Assembly: GCF_000012925.1 (NCBI RefSeq)
Contig: NC_007517.1
Location: 2,250,001-2,282,000 of the forward strand
Direction: 5' to 3'
Length of the DNA stretch: 32,000 bases
Origin: Geobacter metallireducens GS-15
Lineage (GTDB): Bacteria > Desulfobacterota > Desulfuromonadia > Geobacterales > Geobacteraceae
Shown: piece after piece, positions 26,663 to 32,000 of the stretch
Layout of the letters: each line of letters opens with the position of its first letter
Numbering within the stretch: the first letter of the stretch is position 1
Made by a program: the position numbers and the translations under genes
Notes under the pieces: generated by a model
Told to the model about the DNA's origin: nothing
Seen by the model: the letters and a program-made list of their open reading frames with translations, nothing else
Databases searched by the model: none

Positions 26663-27032
26663 TGCTGTATCCTCCCTGACCAGCATAAGTACCGGTCATC
26701 ATTTGTCGTACGACAGATGTAAACTTTTTGTAATCAAGAGGTTTGATCATGCAGATGGAATTTTCAAATCCCTCGAGCGCAGAGAGGAGATCCTTGCTGA
26801 TATGATCCGTCAGGACAATAATTGGGAGACTGAACCGGCAGATATCCTCAAAGAAACATGATCCGTAAGGGTAACTCGCTATTACTAACCCCACGCCATC
26901 ATTGCACACCGTTCGCGACTCGAGGCTTTCGTGGGGGATAGTTTCCGCACGATACCCCTCTGCCTCAAGAATTGCGGAACAGACCCGAGAGAAGCCGGCC
27001 TCGTCAATTATTAAAATCGTTTCTCGTTCCAT
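26655..27032 (-). CDS. Single-domain response-regulator receiver-like protein lacking the phospho-acceptor Asp
   Basis: ILIIDE corresponds to the acidic pocket, PIIVLTD to the conserved Thr, and MIKPLD to the conserved Lys. The acceptor position reads GLVIASYPYG, with Ser where Asp is expected. The ATG at 27032 is preferred over the TTG at 27041. The 3' end overlaps the prsT start by 8 nt. Confidence 0.7.
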   Translation of the reverse strand: MERETILIIDEAGFSRVCSAILEAEGYRAETIPHESLESRTVCNDGVGLVIASYPYGSCFFEDICRFSLPIIVLTDHISKDLLSALEGFENSICMIKPLDYKKFTSVVRQMMTGTYAGQGGYSIV

Positions 27033-27260
27033 GCCCAGCAATGGAGCAATATGGATACCTAATGGAAGCGTTTTATAAAATTATCTTTATTGGTCGTTCC
27101 ATAAATACTTTTATCATACTGTATTTATTACAATTATTAATTGCAGCAATAAGTGCAAATATTTAGCACAGCATCCCTCAGGGTTTAAATTCACACGGTC
27201 GATCATAAATGGAACGACGGTCACTGCTCCCTTTGGAAACACTTATTTGCTCCAGCACAG

Positions 27261-27296
27261 AAAATAAAAAAAAGGTGTATCCAAAAGATACACCTT
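27261..27296 (-). terminator. Rho-independent terminator of the kinase-prsR operon
   Basis: On the minus strand the sequence is AAGGTGTATC-uuuug-GATACACCTT (a perfect 10-bp stem) followed by TTTTTTTTATTTT. It lies 78 nt downstream of the prsR stop. Confidence 0.85.
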
Positions 27297-27373
27297 AAAT
27301 ACAAAACCGTAATTAACCGTTAGTTATCATCGTTAGTTATTGTATCCATCGGAAACACTCTTCTAACTCACCC

Positions 27374-28735
27374 TCAAAAAACCTCCATTTCACCAAGTCG
27401 CTTGTAGAGAGCCTTTCGAGAAATTCCCAGCATTTTGGCCGCATGCGACTTATTCCCACCGCTCTCTTCCAATGCCGCCAGTATTGCCGCCTCTTCGAGT
27501 TCACGAAGGGTACGCACCTGCTGACGGCTTTCAACCCGCACCACATAGGGCTTCAGCTCTTCGGGAAGCTCCTTGGTTGTGATTCGGTCCTTCTTCGCAA
27601 GAACTACGGCGCGTTCAATAATGTTGCCCAACTGGCGTATATTTCCGGGCCAGTCATAGTTCAGAAAGACCTGCATTACTTCGTCGTCGAAACGGAGCAC
27701 CTTTCCTTCTCGTGCGCCGTACTCCCTGACAAGTTCGGCGGCAAGGAGAGGAATGTCTTCCCGGCGGTCGCGAAGGGGAGGCACCTGCACCTGAACCACG
27801 TTGAGCCGATAGAAGAGGTCCTCCCGAAAGTTCCCGGCGGTTATCTCCGAGGGTATATTCCTGTTTGTAGATGAGATTAGCCGGAAATTGACCTTGATCT
27901 TCTTGTTGCTGCCAAGTCGTTCTATTTCCTTTTCCTGAAGGACTCTGAGCAATTTTGCCTGAAGCGGCATTTCCAGTTCACCGATCTCATCGAGAAAGAT
28001 CGTTCCTTCCGCCGCTTCTTCAAATCGGCCGATGCGACGGGAGAAAGCCCCGCTGAAAGCCCCCTTCTCGTACCCGAAGAGTTCCGACTCAATCAGCTCG
28101 CGAGGCATGGCCGCGCAATTTACCGCAACGAACGGTTTATCCCTTCGCACGCTTCCGTAGTGAAGGGAGCGGGCAATGAGTTCCTTGCCGGTTCCGGTCT
28201 CGCCACAGATGAGCACGCTGCTCATGGAATCCTTGACGGCCTCGACAGTTTCAAAGATACGGAGCATTTCCGGAGTGGCGCCAACAATGCGTGCCGGCGT
28301 TCCGCCAGAGACCCTCTTGCGCAGAGTTTCCAGTTCGCGCTTAAGGCTGCGTTGTTCCACTGCCCGAGCCAGGATTCCCTTGAGCTTAACGTAATCAGGG
28401 GGTTTGATGAAATAATAGAATGCTCCGCGGGTGATGGCATGCACGGCTGAATCCACGGAACCATACGCCGTCAGGAAAATAATCGGTATATCGGGATAGT
28501 GCTCCGCCATAAAATCCATCAACTGTATGCCGTCCTTGCCAGGCATCTTCATGTCGGTAATGACAGTGTCTATATCCTCTTTACTCAAGGCTTGCTCCGC
28601 CTCGGCGGCATCGCCGGCCTTGAATACAGAATAACCTTCCTCCCGCAGGATTGCAGCGAGCACCTTCAGGGCATTCGGCTCATCATCGACAATGAGCACC
28701 TTCCCGTGCGCTTTACCCTGCATGAGTTTCTCCAT
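27374..28735 (-). CDS. prsR: Sigma-54-dependent response regulator (PEP-CTERM-box regulator PrsR type, NtrC/AtoC family)
   Basis: The receiver domain shows VLIVDDEPN...ITDMKMPGKDG. The AAA+ domain has Walker A GETGTGKE, the sigma-54 contact loop GAFSGA, and FLDEIGE. The C-terminal Fis-type HTH is HAAKMLGISRKALYKRL. An alternative ATG at 28723 has a better GGAGAA RBS. Confidence 0.9.
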   Translation of the reverse strand: MEKLMQGKAHGKVLIVDDEPNALKVLAAILREEGYSVFKAGDAAEAEQALSKEDIDTVITDMKMPGKDGIQLMDFMAEHYPDIPIIFLTAYGSVDSAVHAITRGAFYYFIKPPDYVKLKGILARAVEQRSLKRELETLRKRVSGGTPARIVGATPEMLRIFETVEAVKDSMSSVLICGETGTGKELIARSLHYGSVRRDKPFVAVNCAAMPRELIESELFGYEKGAFSGAFSRRIGRFEEAAEGTIFLDEIGELEMPLQAKLLRVLQEKEIERLGSNKKIKVNFRLISSTNRNIPSEITAGNFREDLFYRLNVVQVQVPPLRDRREDIPLLAAELVREYGAREGKVLRFDDEVMQVFLNYDWPGNIRQLGNIIERAVVLAKKDRITTKELPEELKPYVVRVESRQQVRTLRELEEAAILAALEESGGNKSHAAKMLGISRKALYKRLGEMEVF

Positions 28736-29747
28736 GAGAACTCTCTACAGGAAGGCTGAGACGCACGGTCGCACCGTTTCCCTTGGAGTTTATTATTTCA
28801 AGACTTCCACCGTGATACTGAATGATCTCCCGAGAGATAAAAAGACCGAACCCCCGCCCCTTGTCCCGAGTGTTGCCACGTGGTGGTAAAAGCAGATTGT
28901 GGAAAGCCCCCTCAGGTATCCCCGGCCCGGAATCTGAGATATCGAGTGTCACCTGTCTCCTGTCCGCCATAGTGTCCAAACGGGTTCTGAACGTAATGGT
29001 GCCGCCGCTCCCCATAGCCTCAATGGCATTGTTGACAATGTTGAGTATTGCACTCTCCAGATGGAAAGCATCAAACTCGAGGAACGGAACATCCCCGTAA
29101 TCGCAGACAAACCGGATATCGCGTTCCTGTGCCTGAAGCGATGTAATCTTCAATACTTTTTCAAGAAGCACATGGAGGTCGCTGCGCGATTTTTCCATCT
29201 CCAGGAGCGACGTACTGAGGAACTTGGTTATGAATCCATCGAGCTTTGCAATCTCCTCGTCGATGATGTCCGCAAATTCCACAAATGTTTCATCGGAGCC
29301 ATAGCGGTGCTTGAGATATACTACTGCCCCCTTTATCGCGTTGAGCGGATTTCGAACGCCATGGGCAAGAGTGGCGGACACCTTGCCAATATCGATAAGC
29401 GTACTGGCCCCTTTCAACTCCAAGGCTCTTGAACAGGTTTCGGAAGCGCACACGGAAACCCGAACCGCCCCCACAGCGCTCTCCTGATTCAGGACGGGCT
29501 CTAAACGTATATCAGCCAAAGTCCTTCCCAAAATACAAATAACCGAATAATCTCGCAGCAATAGAGGAATGCCGCTTTGGACGACCTCCGCCACCGCATC
29601 GCGGTCCTGATACAATACTCGCGGGAACACTTCATAATAAGGCTTTCCGGCGAGAAGGGCTGCAGGAGTTCCGATTATTTGTTCCGCAGCCTCGTCACAG
29701 GAGGAAAGAGTTAGATTCGGTGCTACGTCGAATGAATAAAAAACCAT
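28713..29747 (-). CDS. Soluble PAS-domain sensor histidine kinase (occupies the PrsK position)
   Basis: The H-box is SATLAHGVRNPLNAIKG, the N-box is ILNIVNNAIEAM, G1 is DISDSGPGIP and G2 is GRGFGLFISREI. The N-terminal approx. 110 aa is PAS-like and has no TM segments. The 3' end overlaps prsR by 23 nt. Confidence 0.85.
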   Translation of the reverse strand: MVFYSFDVAPNLTLSSCDEAAEQIIGTPAALLAGKPYYEVFPRVLYQDRDAVAEVVQSGIPLLLRDYSVICILGRTLADIRLEPVLNQESAVGAVRVSVCASETCSRALELKGASTLIDIGKVSATLAHGVRNPLNAIKGAVVYLKHRYGSDETFVEFADIIDEEIAKLDGFITKFLSTSLLEMEKSRSDLHVLLEKVLKITSLQAQERDIRFVCDYGDVPFLEFDAFHLESAILNIVNNAIEAMGSGGTITFRTRLDTMADRRQVTLDISDSGPGIPEGAFHNLLLPPRGNTRDKGRGFGLFISREIIQYHGGSLEIINSKGNGATVRLSLPVESSHGETHAG

Positions 29748-29767
29748 TGGATTACCTAGGTGATTAA

Positions 29768-29800
29768 CAGAGAATGAATTTGTTCAGTATTCACTCTCTG
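29768..29800. promoter_or_regulatory. Imperfect 12-bp inverted repeat (operator-like) in a divergent promoter region
   Basis: The sequence is CAGAGAATGAAT-ttgttcagt-ATTCACTCTCTG, with 11 of 12 positions complementary and a 9-nt spacer. It lies between the kinase start (29747) and the CPBP gene. Confidence 0.35.
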
Positions 29801-29894
29801 CCTCGCCTTGAAAAGACACTATTTGACTTTACTAGGAGCAGCGGTTAAGGTTACTCAAAATTACCACAGTTCATTAACCCAAGTAAACCGCACA

Positions 29895-30581
29895 ATGCAT
29901 ACGAGAACTCTTGCCCATATACTCCCCTTCGCCGTTTTCATGTCATTCATCGCCATCGAAGGGTTATTGCCTTGGCTCGATAAAGACGGCGTCATTGCCC
30001 TCCAACCCGAGAGCCCACTCTACCTCTACCCCCTCAAGACAATGGTTGTGGGCTCATTGCTGCTCTATTTCAGAAAACATTACCATGAAATCAGTATTAA
30101 ACAAATCGTACGCCCGTCCATAGCCATATCCGCTATACTTGCAGGCATCATTGTTTTCATGCTCTGGATACAAATGGATTGGCTTTTGCCCTTCCAAAAA
30201 CCGGCTCCAGGATACAATCCCAACCTCATACCCAACGATATCCACAGAATAGTATTGATCGCATTTCGGCTGGCAGGCGCCTCCATTGTAGTGCCGGTCA
30301 TGGAGGAGATCTTCTGGAGGTCCTACATCGCACGGATGATCATAAATCAGGATTTTGAATCGGTACCGGTGGGGACATTCTCGTGGGCATCATTTCTGGG
30401 GACGGTTCTGCTGTTTGGGCTTGAGCACCAGTTCATCATCGCCGGCTTGATGGCCGGCGCCATCTACCATGCTCTTCTATGCAGAACCAAAAGCATAGCT
30501 GCGTGTATTACCGCCCACAGCGTGACCAATCTGCTCTTGGGAATCTTTGTCCTCAAGTCCGGAGCCTGGCGCTTCTGGTAG
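29895..30581 (+). CDS. CPBP-family intramembrane glutamic endopeptidase (CAAX protease-related, PEP-CTERM-associated type)
   Basis: The protein is multi-TM. Motifs are VMEEIFWRSY (EExxxR), FGLEHQ (FxxxH) and HSVTNLLLG (HxxxN). The track ORF begins at a TTG at 29808. The first ATG at 29895 gives MHTRTLAHILPFAVFMSF. The start is uncertain, since neither codon has a clear RBS. Confidence 0.8.
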   Translation: MHTRTLAHILPFAVFMSFIAIEGLLPWLDKDGVIALQPESPLYLYPLKTMVVGSLLLYFRKHYHEISIKQIVRPSIAISAILAGIIVFMLWIQMDWLLPFQKPAPGYNPNLIPNDIHRIVLIAFRLAGASIVVPVMEEIFWRSYIARMIINQDFESVPVGTFSWASFLGTVLLFGLEHQFIIAGLMAGAIYHALLCRTKSIAACITAHSVTNLLLGIFVLKSGAWRFW

Positions 30582-30641
30582 CCACCCTTACTCCGACAGA
30601 AGCTATCCGGACAGAACAAATTTTCCTCAGGGATATTTTCG

Positions 30642-30673
30642 TTGATTGAATCGAACAGAATGTGGTATATAAT
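30642..30673 (+). promoter_or_regulatory. Possible sigma-70-type promoter for the riboswitch-NAS transcript
   Basis: TTGATT (30642-30647) is followed 18 nt later by TGgTATATAAT (30663-30673), an extended -10-like element. This is a pattern match only. Confidence 0.3.
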
Positions 30674-30694
30674 AAAATCGAATACATAGATAGA

Positions 30695-30770
30695 CGACAA
30701 TACTCAACCATCCGTGAGGATGGGGCGGAAAGCCTATTGGGTCTCACCGAGACAGCCGGGTTGCCGAAAT
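30695..30770 (+). ncRNA. GEMM-I-like cyclic-dinucleotide riboswitch aptamer (c-di-GMP-I class; ligand not assignable)
   Basis: CAACCAUCC-GUGA-GGAUGG is a 6-bp helix with a GNRA loop (30708-30723). It is followed by GGCGGAAAGCC. A second hairpin is GUCUC-ACC-GAGAC (30741-30753). The element closes with CAGCCGGGUUGCCGAA. This order and these sequence blocks mirror the Vc2 pattern as I recall it: CAAACC-helix-GAAA-helix-GGGACGCAAAGCC...GCGGGGUUACCGA. Confidence 0.6.
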
Positions 30771-30804
30771 ATCTGACCAAAGATATAGGCCCCGGCTTTT
30801 TTTT
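30754..30804 (+). terminator. Intrinsic terminator forming the riboswitch expression platform
   Basis: AGCCGGG-uu-GCC-gaa-AUAUCU-gaccaa-AGAUAU-a-GGC-CCCGGCU gives about 16 bp, followed by T8 (30797-30804). Its 5' arm is the 3' strand of the aptamer. Confidence 0.8.
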
Positions 30805-30860
30805 GTCCATTTTGGGGGCCGCACAAATTCAAGGAAGAACCGTCAAGGAGGACACCAATA

Positions 30861-31673
30861 ATGACAGGAAGACTTTCAAGGCTCTCTCCCGAACCGGGGC
30901 TCGTCGATTACTTCAACCTTCTCTATTCAGTCATACCAGCTGAAACCGATGAACTCGTGAAGGAAACATTTCGTCTCAGGTATCAGGTTTACTGCATCGA
31001 AAACGAGTTTGAACCTCCTTCCGAAACTTCACAGCAAATGGAAACCGACGAATTCGATAAGAACTCGGTGCACTCCATCATTAAATACAACAAAACAGGG
31101 CACTCTATCGGTTCTGTCAGAATGGTTTTGCCGAATGAACGGGATCACACCCGCAGCTTCCCCATCCAGAAGATATGCAGCCACTCGATATTCACCGACA
31201 GAAAACTGTTCTCCCTTTACAGACCTATCGAAATATCACGGTTCTGTCTCTCTAAAGAACTGCGGACGATGGCAAAGCCATGCAAACATATGTGCGTTCA
31301 ACTGACATCCACAAGAGCCCCCTTTTCACCATCCTTGCTTAATCAGCATGGGCCAATACTTGGACTGATCAGAGGGCTTGTCCAGATGAGTAGCGAAAAT
31401 CATGTTACCCATTGGTTCGCCATTATGGAACCGTCACTTATCAGGTTACTGGCTAAGCTCGCGATATATTTCAAACCTGTAGGATCCCTCATCAACTATC
31501 ATGGCATGAGACAACCGTGCTATATAGAACTGTCAGAGTTATTGCGGAGGGTCTTTTCCGAGCAGCCACTGGTGTGGGAGGTATTGACCAACAAGGGGCA
31601 GTTTGACCTGAATCTCACCAACTACAATGAAAGCCTTTCTGGTTCCAATCTGAATAAAATATCACGATACTGA
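30861..31673 (+). CDS. N-acyl amino acid synthase (LuxI/FeeM-like GNAT fold), PEP-CTERM/exosortase system-associated family
   Basis: 270 aa. The N-terminal block ETFRLRYQVYCIENEFEP, plus SVRMVLPN and EISRFCLSKELR, is typical of this family. An AAGGAGG RBS lies 9 nt upstream of the ATG. Confidence 0.75.
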   Translation: MTGRLSRLSPEPGLVDYFNLLYSVIPAETDELVKETFRLRYQVYCIENEFEPPSETSQQMETDEFDKNSVHSIIKYNKTGHSIGSVRMVLPNERDHTRSFPIQKICSHSIFTDRKLFSLYRPIEISRFCLSKELRTMAKPCKHMCVQLTSTRAPFSPSLLNQHGPILGLIRGLVQMSSENHVTHWFAIMEPSLIRLLAKLAIYFKPVGSLINYHGMRQPCYIELSELLRRVFSEQPLVWEVLTNKGQFDLNLTNYNESLSGSNLNKISRY

Positions 31674-31731
31674 CACAAACCGGCTCTAATTTTTATTCGA
31701 GAACATCAACATCATGGCATAACCGGATTTA

Positions 31732-32000
31732 TCACAGCATGTTGCTTTCAATGAATTTAAAGCAATCAGGGTCTTTTCTCTCCATTCCCAGCCTTAGTTC
31801 CTGCAAATTACCAAGATACGGTGTCCTGAGCCCATGATAATCGACCTCTGGACCAACCGGATGATAAATCATTCCAACCCGCTTCAAAAGTATGTATAAT
31901 CCCCTCTTCATCGCAACATACCAATGAGATAACCCCATATTCACACTGCTCAACAAAAGAAATTTATAAAACTCATGTACATAATTGCACTTCCGCAGAT
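31732..32000 (-). CDS. Second N-acyl amino acid synthase paralogue (N-terminus beyond window edge)
   Basis: The reading frame stays open to position 32000 upstream of the track ORF 31732..31956. GLSHWYVAMKRGLYILLKRVGMIYHPVGPEVDYHGLRTPYLGNLQEL aligns with VTHWFAIMEPSLIRLLAKLAIYFKPVGSLINYHGMRQPCYIELSEL of the plus-strand gene. Confidence 0.7.
   Translation of the reverse strand, partial: LRKCNYVHEFYKFLLLSSVNMGLSHWYVAMKRGLYILLKRVGMIYHPVGPEVDYHGLRTPYLGNLQELRLGMERKDPDCFKFIESNML

Noticed and set aside
27141-27170. Candidate -24/-12 promoter upstream of the receiver/prsT operon (minus-strand TTGCACTTATTGCTGC and TGTGCTAAATATTTGCA)
   Set aside because: The first has the wrong GG-to-GC spacing. The second lacks the near-invariant GG dinucleotide. 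Neither is good enough to annotate as a promoter.
27337-27546. 69-aa minus-strand ORF overlapping the 3' end of prsR
   Set aside because: It is an alternative frame of the PrsR HTH-coding region and extends only 37 nt beyond it. It has no independent support.
30662-30943. 93-aa plus-strand ORF spanning the intergenic region and the start of the NAS gene
   Set aside because: It runs through the riboswitch aptamer and the T8 terminator and overlaps the well-supported NAS start (AAGGAGG RBS) in another frame. It is most likely non-coding.
31674-31731. Possible bidirectional terminator between the convergent NAS genes
   Set aside because: There is only a trivial AACCGG direct repeat. I found no stable hairpin and no flanking T/A runs.
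1-32000. Looked for CRISPR arrays, tRNA/rRNA genes, transposases, integrases and defence-system genes
   Set aside because: I recognised no regularly spaced direct repeats, no cloverleaf-like or rRNA-like segments, and no ORF with DDE, tyrosine-recombinase, nuclease or toxin motifs. The window is a biosynthetic and regulatory locus.

Overview
The window is almost entirely one exopolysaccharide (EPS) locus of the PEP-CTERM/exosortase type, probably from a Geobacter/Desulfuromonadales-like deltaproteobacterium; that taxon is an inference from gene content and repeats. About 26 genes run head-to-tail on the minus strand from about 27.0 kb down to position 1, with tiny gaps or ATGA/TGATG overlaps.

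Gene order in the direction of transcription:
- orphan receiver-like protein
- PrsT TPR lipoprotein
- priming sugar transferase
- Wza-like exporter
- chain-length determinant
- BY-kinase
- beta-barrel outer-membrane protein
- ExeA-like ATPase
- formyltransferase
- AsnB-like amidotransferase
- NodB deacetylase
- GNAT-like protein
- acyl carrier protein (ACP)
- acyl-AMP/CoA ligase
- PLP decarboxylase
- two CelD/FemAB-like GNAT paralogues
- DegT-type aminotransferase
- periplasmic rhodanese
- a low-GC tail: GT2, deacetylase, Wzx flippase, methyltransferase, GT2

Upstream, also on the minus strand, is a two-gene operon: a PAS histidine kinase and the sigma-54 activator PrsR. It ends in a clean intrinsic terminator.

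The right end, on the plus strand, holds a CPBP/CAAX-type intramembrane protease. It is followed by a GEMM-I-like cyclic-dinucleotide riboswitch with its own terminator, which leads into an N-acyl amino acid synthase (NAS). A second, convergent NAS paralogue is cut by the window edge.

Most interesting observations:
1. The rhodanese gene is interrupted by an in-frame TGA in its active-site loop, with a SECIS-like hairpin downstream. It is either a candidate selenoprotein or a recent pseudogene.
2. The riboswitch sits directly in front of the NAS gene.
3. The ligase/ACP/decarboxylase/GNAT cassette has no known product.
4. No exosortase gene and no PEP-CTERM substrate gene lie inside an otherwise complete locus.

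I saw no rRNA, tRNA, CRISPR array, transposase or integrase.
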